From Lytechinus pictus (taxonomy: Eukaryota), in contig NC_087250.1 in assembly GCF_037042905.1 (NCBI RefSeq), positions 27,468,001-27,532,000 on the forward strand: 64,000 bases of DNA, in the 5' to 3' direction. Below the pieces are notes generated by a model. It had not been told where the DNA came from. It saw only the letters and a program-made list of their open reading frames with translations, and did no database searches. Positions 25,383-39,100 of this stretch are shown piece after piece. Positions within the stretch are counted from its first letter, which is position 1, and the number at the start of each line of letters is the position of its first letter. Both the position numbers and the translations under genes were made by a program.

Positions 25383-28300
25383 GTGGATGTATCATCATTA
25401 ACCTTCAAACTATTAAACTTAAACAGTTAAAATGACTTATCTGTTTGGATGGTCTTGAAGACTGCCTAATAAAGGTGGGGGGGGGGGGGTTATGATGCAT
25501 ACACCCCCATGGTGGACGTATCATACCCCCCCCCTCCCCCTCGCTACATATCAGCATCAAAATTTGGCACACCTCTTAGTTCACATTTCTCACGTGAAGT
25601 AAAAGACTTTACATAGGCCTATATTGTAAATAAAAATAAACATCAAAAGTTTGTTTCATCCAAATTGAAATAATTGCACATATTTTTTGTTTGAATATCA
25701 GCAACTAATTCACTTGTTTGACTTGTTCAAATTAATAATTGTCTTCTTTTCAGTGTCACCAAGTCAACATTAATTCTTGATGAATCGTGTAATGCAGGCG
25801 AGACCTGCCAGGGGGGCGTTCCTCTTATTAATTATTTGTACAAAAATGTTTGCTTTTTCAGATCACAGCAGTTTATGCGATGGCAATTTGATTTATCTGT
25901 CAGTATTAGCTTTTGATCTTTTATATGATTCATAGCTTATGTAAACATGGTAAAACAGAGATAACTCATTTCAAGAGGCCTTCACATACATGTATGAGGA
26001 GGTCGGACATACATACACTATGGAATAGCTCTTTCTTTCTTTCTTTCTTTCTTCTTTGATTCTTTCTTTATTCCTTCCTCCTTCCTTCCTCATCCTCCTT
26101 CTTCTTCTTCTTCTGTATTCCATTTCCTTACCTCCTTTTAATTTCTTTATTTCTTTCCCTACATCAAAATCACAAATATTGAAAATTACAAGATACTAAC
26201 AGAGAGGAGAAGGAGATTTGCATAACATATCTTAAGAATTATTATGTTCCTAAAAATGCAATATCCTGGTAACCTAATGGAAGAAGGAAAAGCTCGAGGC
26301 TGTCCCAAGCATCCCTGGCGACGGACTTTCTTCAAAGACTTAGAGTGGACCCATATCTTTGTACCAATCCCTTGGAGGTTAAAGCGGTCACAGATAATGA
26401 TAGATTGTTGCCTATAAATGCACTACACAGGAGGGACTAAGTGGAAAGTAAAAAAAATAGGAGTATTTCTGCATCTGATATCCCCTCCCGACCTCCTATT
26501 GGTGCCTAATGTGGTCCAAAGTATCACTATTCATATTTAGTAGTTTATTTGATATTCTGATATCATAAAAACAAATATTAAAATTGCTCTGAAACAGATC
26601 AGATAATGACAGTTATAAGTGCTGTTAAAATTTTCAGATAGAGTCTGCTGACTACATGCATACATCCCCACTGTGGATGTATCATAATTAACCTTCAAAC
26701 TATTGAATTTAAAACAACTTTGCTGTTTGGATGGTCATGAAGACTGCCCAATGGAAGGAGGGGGGGGGGGGGTTATGATGCATATATCCCCACGGTGGAT
26801 GTATCATCACACCCCCCCCCCCCTTTCACCAAAAAAAATTGGCACACCTCTCAGTTCACATAGCGTGTAGTAAAAGACTGTACATAGGCCTATATTGTAA
26901 ATAAAAAATAAAGATCAAAATTGAAATAACTGCACATATCTGCTTTTTTAATATCAGCAACTAATTTACTTGTTTGACTTGTTCAAATTAATAATTGTCT
27001 TCTTTTCAGTGTCACCAAGTCAACATTAATTCTTGATTGAATCGTGTAATGCAGGCGAGACCTGTCAGGGGGGCGTTCCTCTTGTTAATAATTTGTCAAC
27101 TTGAGGTTGTTTGTTTTTTCATATCAGATCACATCAGTTCACGCGATGGCGCTTTCATTTATCTGTCAGTATTAGCTTTTGATCTTTTATATGATTCATA
27201 GCTTATGTAAACATGGTAAAACAGAGATAACTCATTTCAAGAGGCCTTCACATAATGCAGAGGTTGGACATACATACACTATGGAATAGCTCTTTTGTTG
27301 ATTCATCGCTATCATAAATTGAATCTACACCAGGGGGCCGTTTCATAAAGCTGTTTGTAAGTTAAGAGCGACGTTAAGGACAACTGGTGATCCTTTCTTA
27401 CGCGCTAAACCATCTCCAATGAATATACCATTTACCACAATAAAGGATCACCAGTCGTAGCAAGTAAGATATCTTGAGAGGGGTGGGGCAAAATGAGTGA
27501 CAATTCTTTCTCTTTAAAGGGGAATGAAACCTTTGGAATAAGTAGGCTTGTGTCGAAACAGAAAAATAAGAGGATAAGAAGAAAAATCAGACAAATAATG
27601 AGAAAGTTATGAGCATTTGAATATTGCAATCAATAATGCTATGGAGATCCTCCCATTGGCAATGCGACAAGGATGTGTGATGTCTCATGTGAACAACTTT
27701 CCCTTTGATAGACTATAAAATACCCTCAAAATGTCTCTTTCTGCTTTTTCTTGTGGTGATACAAACTCTTTATCCATGATGTATTCTTTAAAAATCTGTA
27801 TTACATGCCCTCCTATATAAAAAGAACACATGATCTACTGATAGATGAGATAAAAGAGGCAATTTAAGTGAAATATATACTAAAGTATTGGGGAGAGTTG
27901 TTCACAAGTGACATCACACATCTTTGTCGCATTGCCAATTTGAGGATCTCCATAGCATTAGTGATCGCAATATTCAAATGCTCATAACTTTCTCATTATT
28001 TGTCCGATTTTTCTCAAACTTTTGTTGATCTGTTTCTTTGATTTGTCTGTTTCCACACAAGCTATCGTGTTCCAAAGGTTTCATTCTCCTTTAATGAATA
28101 ATATATCTAGTCTAAACCTACCTTCTTGTCCGTTTCTTTTTTCTTTCTTTCTTTCTCTCTCTCTCTCTTTATTTATTTCTTTTGTTCTTTCTTTCCTTCC
28201 TTCTCCTCCTCCCTCTTCTTCTTCTTTTTCTTCTCCTCCACCTTCTCCTTCTGTATTCCATTTCCTTACTCCCCCTTTAATTTCTTTATTTCTTTCCCTA

Positions 28301-28840
28301 CCTGAAAATCATAAATATTGAAAAATTACAAGAATAAAATTATATGCAGTTAAATGATAAACCTCTTAGACTAACCGAGAGGAGGAGACTTGCAAAACAT
28401 GTCTCAAGAATTATATGTTCTTAAAAATGCAATATCCTGGTAACCTAATGGAAGAAGGAAAAGCTCGAGGCTGTCCCAAGCATCCCTGGCAACGGACTTT
28501 CTTCAAAGACTTAGAGTTGACCCATATCTTTATACCAATCTGTTGGAGGTTAAAGCGGTCACAGATAATGATAGCTTGTTGCCTATAAATGCACTACACA
28601 GGAGGGACTAAGTGGTAAGTAAAAAAAAAACAGGAGTAATTCTGCACCTGATATCCCCTCCCTACCTCCCATTGGCGCCTAATGCGGTCCAAAGTATCAC
28701 TATTCATATTTAGTAGTTTATTTGATATTATGATACGAATGCTATTTGCTCATCAGCATCATATCATAAAAACAAATATTAAAATTTCTCTGATCAGATA
28801 AGGAAAGCTATAAGTGTTGTTAAAATTGTCAGATAGAGTC
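25383..28840 (+). repeat. Local tandem duplication of a ~1.29 kb unit (25383-26645; 26673-28840, the latter interrupted by MITEs at ~27295-28110)
   Basis: Shared blocks such as GCAATATCCTGGTAACCTAATGGAAGAAGG (26258, 28429) and CAGTGTCACCAAGTCAACATT (25751, 27007). Confidence 0.85.
27518..28090. mobile_element. Kolobok-like MITE related to 5716-6298; partial relative at ~31241-31610
   Basis: TTAA TSD; AGGGGAATGAAACCTTTGGAA / TTCCAAAGGTTTCATTCTCCT. Confidence 0.8.
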
Positions 28841-29241
28841 ATATTCTGTTTCTGGCAAATTGGGATCTGAATCTGATTCTGCAGTTCTTCATTTGAAGTC
28901 TAGGTGTAAACATTCAGATTTTAAACGATTGTGAACAGGTAATGTAACTTCTAAATTTTAAAATGATCCATCTTAAAATAGTAATTTGTAGTTATAATGG
29001 GATGGGAGATGATTATGTAATGCTGAAACACAAGGTACATTAGCTAAAGTAGTTTTTTTTTCATTATCAAGTTTATCTTTTGCATTAATGTTGACATGTA
29101 TGAGAAGGTGCATGGGTAAGTTACATAACTTATTTCTTGCCATTGAAGCTTATTTTAATTTCATTTCTTCTGAAGCTTTTAACCTCACATCTCTTACATT
29201 TTTACTTTTTCCAGAGCTAAACAATCATCAGACATCACATC

Positions 29242-30894
29242 ATGGCATCAAGATTTCCAGAAGGAAACCAACTTCAACTCCGACCGAGAAAAGGTCATGA
29301 CATGAAATGGTCATGTGACAAGCATGGTGAGCCAATCAAATTTTACTGTAAGAAACACAAAATTCCTATATGTCATCCATGCGCTACCAAAGATCACAGT
29401 CAGAAACCATGTGAGCTAGACGACATCGAGGATGTCATCTTCGAAAGGAGGAGACAGCTAGATGAAAAACGGCCAAAATTTCAAGGACTTCACAAACAAT
29501 TGGAAGCCCTCAGCACGAAAATAAAGACTGTGTCAACGTCTGGAAGTACTCATCTTCGGACAATTAACAACAACATTCAAGATTCATATCACGACAAGAT
29601 CGAATCTGTTGGAGAAAAGGAGAACAGGATGATTAGGGTTATTAACGAGGAGGCAGATGAGGAAATAAGACTAGTAAATGAGAAGAGAGAAAAACGGATC
29701 AAGGATTGCAACACCGAGAGAGAAAATGAGCGACAAATCATCAAAGACAAAGAAGCAAAACTTCTAGCAGATGCAAAGAAAATCAGCGAAGTCGTTTCTA
29801 AGAAGATCAAAGATCTGACTGATAAGAATCAGCATGTAATAAACACTGTAAAGAACATTGAATCAACCATCACACGTATAAACCAACATGATGAAACATT
29901 GGTAAATGAAGCTCCTCAAGTACTTGCATCTATTGATGAAAATTTAAGTTTGAATGTTCATCAAGATGTTAGCGTCTGTCTTGACCGAATACAGAGTGAA
30001 GTTGAGAGAGTGGAGTTTGTAGAGGGGGAAGTAGGTGGAGAATACTGTGGTAGAATTGGTGGGTATATCGGTAAATGGGAACTTGTCAAGTCAATTCACA
30101 TTCCATCGGTTGTTAATAACCCGTGTGTGAATTGTTTAGTCAGTGATGATGAGATATGTGTGCGAGACGTAGGTAACAATGGCATGTATATTACAAACAT
30201 CAACACTCAACACACAGAGAAAGTCATTGATGAAGGTGTGTGGATTACATCATGTGCGCTCATAGACAGTAACGTAATAGTATGTGGTAAGGAGACAGGT
30301 GATCGCACGGGTGACAGGTTGAATGGATGCATCACTCTCTATGACAGACAATGGAGCGTGATTAGAGACATCAGCATACCAAGGAATAGAGGCAGTAATG
30401 GTGTGTATGTTGATGTTGACAGGGATGGGATGATCATCGCTGCTCAGTTCGATCAGTCTAATATCTACGTCATCAATCCTGCTGATGATAAGATAGTAAA
30501 CACTATTACGATGCAGGGTAAGAAGGTGTGGGATGAGATACAAGCCTTGTCATCAGGTGATATCGTTGTGAAGACAGGTGATGATGAATTCACTGTCATC
30601 TCACGATCAGGAGAAGAGAAGGCTGTCATACACTGTGATGAGTGGTACGGCCCACAGTGTCGCGTTGACAAACTGACAGACACACTCTACATCGCGTACT
30701 GGGATGGAGCGCGTAATACCATCGCAGTTGATCAGGCGTCACGTGATGGTATCATCCAGGCAAGGAGGATCGTGGAATACGAGCAATCAGATCGCACTAA
30801 CTGGGTCAGCCCTTGTATCGTTACTCCTACTGGTAACTTTATAGGGTGTGATGGAGACAAACTTCTTATCTACAAGAAGACATACATCTTGTAA
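29242..30894 (+). CDS. B-box zinc finger / coiled-coil / beta-propeller-like (NHL-type) protein, RING-less TRIM-like, 550 aa, single coding exon
   Basis: CDKHGEPIKFYCKKHKIPICHPCATKDH B-box2 pattern, long charged helical region, beta-strand repeats (GVYVDVDRDGMIIAA..IYVIN); acceptor at 29214, upstream donor at 28938, AATAAA near 31063. Confidence 0.85.
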   Translation: MASRFPEGNQLQLRPRKGHDMKWSCDKHGEPIKFYCKKHKIPICHPCATKDHSQKPCELDDIEDVIFERRRQLDEKRPKFQGLHKQLEALSTKIKTVSTSGSTHLRTINNNIQDSYHDKIESVGEKENRMIRVINEEADEEIRLVNEKREKRIKDCNTERENERQIIKDKEAKLLADAKKISEVVSKKIKDLTDKNQHVINTVKNIESTITRINQHDETLVNEAPQVLASIDENLSLNVHQDVSVCLDRIQSEVERVEFVEGEVGGEYCGRIGGYIGKWELVKSIHIPSVVNNPCVNCLVSDDEICVRDVGNNGMYITNINTQHTEKVIDEGVWITSCALIDSNVIVCGKETGDRTGDRLNGCITLYDRQWSVIRDISIPRNRGSNGVYVDVDRDGMIIAAQFDQSNIYVINPADDKIVNTITMQGKKVWDEIQALSSGDIVVKTGDDEFTVISRSGEEKAVIHCDEWYGPQCRVDKLTDTLYIAYWDGARNTIAVDQASRDGIIQARRIVEYEQSDRTNWVSPCIVTPTGNFIGCDGDKLLIYKKTYIL

Positions 30895-32569
30895 ATCATC
30901 TAGACTATCAAAGGAATGATATCGGATTTGTAAGAGAAATATAGACCAGAGATTTGTTTTCACTTTTATTTTTATTTCAATTTACATCCTTCAAGCTCTA
31001 TGTACGTAACTACATTCATATACGCATGGTCACGGTGTTTAATGTTGTATCAATCCATATTAAATAAAAAGCGGTCGTTTATATTTATCTGTCTAGATTA
31101 GGTATGTAATGGATATCCTCAGATCCAAATAAATAGTTTACTCGTAACATGAACAAAATAAATACAAATGTGTTAACGAATTGCCTACTTGAACCAGATA
31201 GTTACTGTAGAGTCTTTCAAATGACCGAGTTCAGTATTAAAGGGGAATGAATTCTTTGGAATAGGTAGGCTTTGGTCGAAACAGAAAAGTAAAAAAAAAA
31301 CAGATCAACGAAAGTTTTAGAAAAATGGGACAAGCAATGAGAAAGTTTTGAGCATTCGAATATTGCAATCCTCCAATTGGCAATGCAACAAGGATTTGTG
31401 ATGAACAAATTTCCCTTTGATGGACTATAAAATACCCCAAAATGTATCTCGTTGCTCTTTCTTATGGTGATACAAACTCTTTATCCATGATTTAAAAATC
31501 TGTATTACAAGCCCTCCTATAGAAAGAACACGTGATCTAGTGATACATGTGATAAAAGAGGTAATTTAAGTGAAATATATACAAAAAAAAGTCATGGGGA
31601 GAGTTGCTGATTACTATATAATTGTTTCCCCACATGACATTATCATCTTTCACATTGGCTACCTGACTAGAGAATCTAAAGTAACAATCATATGGAAATG
31701 AAACAAAAATAGTAATGATAGTTATTTGTACTGACGTAATGTAATGATGTGTGTGCGCCCACTACGTTAAGTAATGTTCATCAACATCATGAAATTATGT
31801 CAAATTAATTTCATTATAAAGATCATATGAAAATAAAAACATCCGATAGTTGATCGTACCGCGCTGTAAATAAATAAAGCAGGAACATATATATCAGACA
31901 GAATTAGATAACTTGTCAAATAACTGCACATAATGTAGCTTTTGTTCGCGGTTTCATGTTAAAATAGTATTCAACTCAATTCAATTCATTTGTTTATTTC
32001 GTTTGCATTTTAAATTGTGTTTAGTGTGTAAACTTGAAGTCTATTCCAGAGGCATTAGCTAAAGTGAATATTTTTTAGATGAAAATGGTTGTATTCTTCT
32101 GATCATAATTTATTTACATTGTGTGGTTATTCTTATACATCTACCCCCCCCTCTCTCTTTTAACCCCTAAATTACCCCCTTGTACTGTGTAATACGACAC
32201 GGATATCCATGTTGCTGCAATAAGTTGTATATAAATCATTATTGTCTAGGGTGTGTTGTTTTAAGGTAGGAGTATATCATTTTTCAAAAGAAAAAAATCC
32301 AACCGAATTTATTCTTACAATAATCACCTTTGTACAGGTTAAGTTTAGCTAGGGTTTATGCTTTATTTCAACTATAAATTCAATTGCCCGTTATTGTCTA
32401 TATAGTATAGGTTATTGAAAGTTCGTTCCTAAAAATGGAACGGGATATAGTGCTATATGTCTACATTTTCATCCGGTGATATGTCAGATCTAACGATTTT
32501 TCTTGTTTTTGATTGGCTGAGAAGCGCTGTTACTATGGGTAATGTCAAATGAAACGCTTGACAATCCAA

Positions 32570-34720
32570 ACTTCTTTTTTTTTTTTGCTCAATATTTGTT
32601 GTTTGATCTTATACAGCTAATTACAATTTTCTTCATACAACTAGGAAAACTAATGTACATAATGAACATTTATATTATGATATAACATGTATAATGTGAT
32701 GATGTTAGTATCTATTATTTCAAGTGTATATTGCAAGATGAGTAGAAACTATACTTTTTGTTTTTAAAATAATATATTTTCATTATAATTTGTTGTGAAT
32801 TACTAACACTATTGAATAGAAAAAAAAAACCGTTTGTTGATGTATATTACTTAAATCGAGACGAAATTATTCTTACCTACTTGAGAGCTGAAAATAGTCA
32901 AGTGAAAATAGTTCGGAAATATCTTTCTGTATTAATGTATTTAGTAAATTTCGAGAAATGTTTGCCAATGCAATATAAAGTGCGTCCCACAAAAAAACAA
33001 ACCGAAATTTATCGATGATTTATCATAACTTAATCACAAATAAAATAGACAAATGACCTATCATTGTAAAGCTTAGAATCTTCTCTTTCATCTGCAATTA
33101 CTTACATTATTTTTTATTCACGCATGAGTGAGTAAAAACAATTTGAAGAGGGGATACTAAAAAGTCATTTGGCGGGCTGTATCTGGATCTCAAAAAAGAA
33201 AACCGCATTTTGAAAAAGTTCAATATCTGCTCTTTAATTTGATACCTCAATTACAGAAAATGGTCAAGAAATAACAAAGTTCTGGTTATTTGAAATAAGG
33301 TTTGAATTTCAATAATTTCATAAAATGAAGAGGTTTTACAGGCTAGCGTTCAAAATCACTCGACACTCCGTTTTGTTGACTATCAGCCATGCATTAATTC
33401 TTTTGTTAACTATGCGATAGCTTCTGTGGGAAACCGGTGAAAACACGTTTATTTAATGAAATTATGGAAATACAAGCATTGTTTCGAGGGAACATAACTT
33501 TTTTATTTCTTGACCATTTTTTGTGATTAAGGTATCAAATAAAAGAGCAGATATTGAACCTTTTAGGCATGTGATTCTCGTTTTAAAATTCAGATACCCC
33601 CCGCCAAATGAGTTTTTGGTATCCTTTCTTCATATTGTTTTTGCTCACTCATGTGTAAATAAAAAATAATCTCAGTAATATCAGATGAAAGAGGAGATCC
33701 TAGATTTACATTGATAGGTCATTTGTCTATTGTATTTATGATTAAGTTATGATAAATCATCGCTAAATGTCGGTTTCGTTTTTTGTGGGACGCACTGTAT
33801 AGTGATATACAAATTGCTGATCTAATTATCAACCGATCGGAAGAATATCTAAGATTTTAAATTGATCAAAAATACATGGTGTATTTTGAAGTTATTATCA
33901 TAGTTATGAAGAGGATGTTCTTAATACACAAATAATCACGTACTATATAATCAAGAAATTTTGTCAGCATAAATGAAAATAAATGTCAAACAAAATACCG
34001 ACTTTGCTCAATATATGATGTTTAATATATACAGCTGATTATAATTCGCTTCATAAAACTTGGAAAACTATTGTACATAACATGCATAATGAACATTATT
34101 ATGATATAATGTATATCATGATATCTATTATTTTCAAGTGTATATTGAATGATGAGTAGAAAGTATACGTTTGCTTTTGATATAATATATTTTTGTTATA
34201 CTTTGTTGTGAATTACTAGGAAAAAAAGCAAAATTATTGTTGTTGGATAGACTTAAATCAAGACGAAATTAATCTTAAATACTTGAGAGCTGAAAATAGT
34301 CATATGAAAATAGTTAGGAAATATCTTTCTTTACTGTGGGTTAATGTATTTAGTACATTTCGAGAAAGGTTTGCCAATGCAATATATACATGATATACCG
34401 GTAGTTGTATACAAATTACTGATCAAAACACCAATTATCAACCGATCTAACTATATCTTCACTATGGGTTATCTACGACATTTCGAGAAAAGCTTACCAA
34501 TCCACAATGAGTTGTATGCACATTACTCATCTAAAAACCAAGTATCAACCGATCTGAATAAATGCTTAATATTTTTAAACTGATCGAAATCTTTGCAGTT
34601 TTTTTTTTGAGGTCATTATCATGGTGATGGGGAGGGTGATTTTAATGCACAAACAATCATGTAATGTTATAATCAAATAATTTTGTCAGCATAAACGAAA
34701 TTAAATGTAAAAAACCCGAC
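32570..34720 (+). repeat. Diverged local tandem duplication (~0.6-0.7 kb unit); first copy interrupted by a Tc1-like MITE
   Basis: TACTTGAGAGCTGAAAATAGTCA at 32878 and 34280, plus other shared blocks. Confidence 0.75.
32978..33797. mobile_element. Tc1/mariner-like foldback MITE
   Basis: TA TSD; (C/A)AGTGCGTCCCACAAAAAA termini; nearly the whole length is inverted; the paralogous site at ~34385 is empty. Confidence 0.85.
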
Positions 34721-34789
34721 TCTATATGCAGTTCATATTAGTGATTTACAAATGATTTTATTGGGCATGTAGGACTGATGGTAACAGAC

Positions 34790-35210
34790 GAAGGGGGGGG
34801 GGGGGGGAATGAGAAGATAAAGGGAAAAGAGAGGGGTGGGAAAGTGGAGGGGAGTGAGAGATTAAAAAAATGGAGAGACGAGGGAAGTAAAGATGGAAAA
34901 AATATAGAGAAAAATATATATATGAAAATAAAAGGATAAAGAGACGGAAAGGAAAGGGAAAGAACAGATGAGAGAGAGGGGGAGGGGGGGGGAGAGAAAG
35001 ATAGAAGAAGGGGAGAGAAAAGAATGGAGAGACAGTGAGAATAAAGACTGAGAAAGAGCGAGAGAGAGAGAAGTGGAGGAGTGAGAAGGAGAAATGGAGA
35101 GACAAGGTGAATACAGATGGAATAAGAGAGAGAGAAAGAGAGAAGAAGAAGAAGAACTACCGAGAGACAAGGGATGATAGAGAGAGATTGGGGGGAAGGG
35201 GACGGGGTGA
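34790..35210 (+). repeat. Purine-rich (GA) low-complexity tract
   Basis: Composition. Confidence 0.8.
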
Positions 35211-35557
35211 ATTTGTATTTGAGTTTGTATTTGTATTTTCCTTTCTTATATAGGAAACAAAGAAACATTACATTACAAAGTGAAATACATCACAAACCAT
35301 GTCAATCATAAAAATTCATAACAAAATTGAAGAAAGGATGAATTTGAATTCCGTATAGATAGATCTGGCTTCGTCGAAATTAAGTAAAAGGAAACATAAC
35401 TGAGGGGCTTGCCAAGAACGAATGAATTTAAGAGATTTAAAAAAAAATCATAGAAAAGAGTTAGAGAGAGAAAGAGGGGGGGGGGGAACAATCAGAACGC
35501 TACTTTTTTGCTTCACTGGGAAATTTTGTACGATTAAATAATATTAAATTATATTAA

Positions 35558-36180
35558 AGGGATGGTCCAGGCTGAAAATGTTCATAATAACTAAATAGAG
35601 TAAAATCCACAAAGCCAAATGCCGAAAATTTAATTAAAATCGGATAACAAATAAGGAAGTTATTGAATTTTAATTTGTCTAATTTTAAACATTTTGTGAA
35701 AACATTTATTTGCATATGGTCATGATTATTCATTAGGTGGGCTGATGATGTCACATCTCCACTTTCCTTGTTCTTATGTTATTACATGAAATCATACACG
35801 TTTCATTTCTTCATACATGTGCAAATGATGTGTCTCTATTACGATAAAATAGGTTGCAGCAATAAATAACTAATGCACTTGATCAGTTGCCATCCAATTG
35901 TTTTAGCTCTTGGTAGAAAAAGTTTAATAAATCTAATTTCATATAATACAATACAAAAGAACTGGCGGGGATATGACTTCATCAGCCTACCTCATGAATA
36001 TTCATAAAGACATGCCTAGAACAGTAGAACTCAGTGTTTCACCGGAATGATAATGCAAATCTTTAAAATTCAAATAACTTCGTTATTTTCTACCCGATTT
36101 TGATCACATTTTTAGCATATTGCTTTTTGAATTTTATTCTTTTTATTGAGATTTGAATATCTCCAGCCTGGACCATCCCT
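35558..36180. mobile_element. Kolobok-like MITE (second family)
   Basis: TTAA|AGGGATGGTCCAGGCTG ... CAGCCTGGACCATCCCT|TTAA. Confidence 0.85.
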
Positions 36181-39100
36181 TTAAATGTGACCATTGTGCT
36201 ACTTCTAAAAATTCAAAGAACTACGCCACTGTCATATTAAAATTATGTTCAACGCTTCACCAAAATAATATATCAAAATATAATAACACAACACAAGAAA
36301 TACATTTAATTATAAAATTATAAAGAAGATTATGGCAATGGCAATTAATGAAAGTTAAATGTATATCTAACACAAAATAATGTATACACTGACAGAGCAA
36401 CGCACGTTGCTTATTGAATCACCCATTGAAAGTGAATTTCTTCTTCTTTAGAAACCACCCAGTAATGGCTTCCATAAAGTGACAGTGATCTGAAGTCGGG
36501 TATCATCTATCGGGAATCCACCTTCATGTCTATCCATTATACGTCAAAAGATGGCGCTCTTTCATGTCTACATTACACACACATTGAAGCACTTGATGAA
36601 GATGTGATTTCTGACATTAATAATATCAGTCATATCGAAAACTTGTATGCAGTGTACCGGACATGTAAAAACATAGCAGACGACGTTTGCAGACCTCGCG
36701 ATCATCGTATGACTAGTGGTGCGGAATGTTCCATTGCGGCTTTATGGGGGAAATAGCATTACAGAGGGATAAAATGTATACACAGATAATGTTTCAGCGT
36801 TGATTCGCAATATTTTTAGTCAATTTTCATGAATTATCGTTCTTTGAATATTAAAACATCATTATACAATGAAAGAAATAAGCAAAACTTAATTTTCAGA
36901 CTTAGCTATGCAGTGGTAAGCTAGGATGCACCCCTCGTATACATAATGGACCCGTCACGAGTGTAGGTTTGCTCTTCGGACATCACTATCACAAAGAAAA
37001 TCTCCTCTGATTTGATGATAAAAGTGCCCTATTTCCTTATTAACCAATCTCCATGGTTCTTTCATGAGTATTTGCCTTACAATGTGCCCTTTATTGTAAT
37101 CTGGGCGGAAATTCATGATACCACCACCCACCGATGTGACGACGGAAATAATCCACCCGGGTACTATAAAAATGTCCCCCAAACCCATTATCCCAATACA
37201 TATTCCTGACTATGGATGGTTTCTAGTGATTTTAATGTAATAAAGTGCCATATTTCCCACCAATTGAATGTAAAAAACACTATGGTCATCTGATAGAAGA
37301 AGTTGTTACCATTCATTTCAGGGGGGCGGAAATTCTATCTGAATCAACGCTTGTCCTTGATACACATTTGTTTGTGAAAAAAGGGTATAATGCAAGGGAA
37401 TTCTGCGTGTTATAAGGGTGCGCGCGTGCAGCGAGGACCTTCTGTCCGCTAGTTTTCCATATGTGAAATCAGAAGTCCTAGCAGTCTACATTGAAGCTGA
37501 AATGAAACGATTGATTTCTGTAATGTCAATACGCTAAAGATGCACTCCCTCACTCCTCACTTTTTTTCCTTGCACAGATCAAATATGCAACTAAATAGCT
37601 CATGAAATAAATTCGATGAGATTGAGGAATACCCCCCCCCCCCCCCCCCCCATTGCCCAATTGGCAAGCATACACTGTTACTTTACAAACATGCATGTCA
37701 GGTCAAAATTTTTATGCAAAAGGAAGATCAAATGAAATATTTTTAAACTGAGAATGTAGTCTTCCATTATAATCGTTGGAGGAATCATGTCGGGTTTTTT
37801 TTGGTGAGGCACCGATCCCTTAGATATGCCAAATAAGCTGGAGGTTTCGTGTTGAGATAGAAAGGCCAACGCAAAAAGCAGGGTAAAAACATGGTGTTGT
37901 GATCATGTATCAAGATGCTCAAAGCTACTCGTCACAGGCTGAAAATAATATAGAGTGATACTCACTTACCAAAATTCTGAAAATTTTCATTAAAATATGA
38001 TTACAAAATACTGCTGTTAGTGTATTTTAATGGGCTTGTGATATCACGTCCAGTGCCATAGAAAGGACTTTTCAAATAGCGGGTGCTGGGGGATTCGTAA
38101 AAAAAAAATTGTTAACTAGATGATGCCCGAGGGGATTTCGGTAACTAAAAAAAAAGAAGCAAAAAAAAAAAATAATAATAATAAATAAATAAATAAATAA
38201 ATAAATAAATATATAAATAAATAAATAAGTTTCTGCTGCCAAATGTTCCTCTATTTCAATCATTTTTTTTTCTTGTCAACTTGATGGCAATGGAGTGCTT
38301 CCTATGTGATAGCATACGCAACACCCTCTGAAAAATCATGAGGGGTGCTTCCGCATTCACCCCAGTACCCCCGCTTCATATTTTATTAAGTTATTAGATT
38401 AAATCATATTCCTCTACTATCTGAAGACATGTTTGCATGATAAATATATTACACATTTAGTCAGTAGTCAATTCATGTTTTCCGTTCTTGGTGGACGAAA
38501 TTTGACGAAATATAATTTTCCAAAAAAAAGAGAAAACAGAATAAGTGCGGATTAGTCTGCAGGCACAGACCCTGATTAGAACTTCGACCAACCAGTGTGC
38601 CTCCACGCAAAGACTAGCACATACAAAACTTGCTGTTCCAAGATAACCTTCAGTACACAAGGCATATAAGTAGGCTGCACATTTAGACCCTTAACTCGAG
38701 TGAAGGGTTTGCCCAGCAGACTAAGTGCGGATAGACGTCATCAATTTGTTCATTGTATATTCATGAAGACATGCAGAGGCCCGTCTCATCAGAACAATGA
38801 AAGTGCTTAAAATATCAAAAATCTATCATTTCTTATCCGGTTTCAATGACATTGTCAGTATTTTAATTGTCTAATTTTACTTTTTCTATTCAAATCATAT
38901 TATATCCAAGCCTAGAGTACCCCCTCTAAGCTTCCTTTCTTAGGCACGTCAACCCACATGAAATAATAATATTTGTTGACAACGAAACTACATAATTTTT
39001 ATCATGTCATCTCTGCCTTCCAGAAGGTGTACGTTTTTCATTGAATCACATGGATCCTTTTAATTTATACAGTCTTTTATATATCTATATAATACACTGA

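Noticed and set aside
34738..35268. Hydrophobic F/L/S-rich ORFs (also 3125-3575, 28022-28321, 39443-40354, 58103-58732)
   Set aside because: Arise from GA/CT low-complexity tracts and microsatellites.
36526..37209. Possible coding relic (short ORFs, RDH motif)
   Set aside because: No recognisable domain or consistent splice structure by eye.
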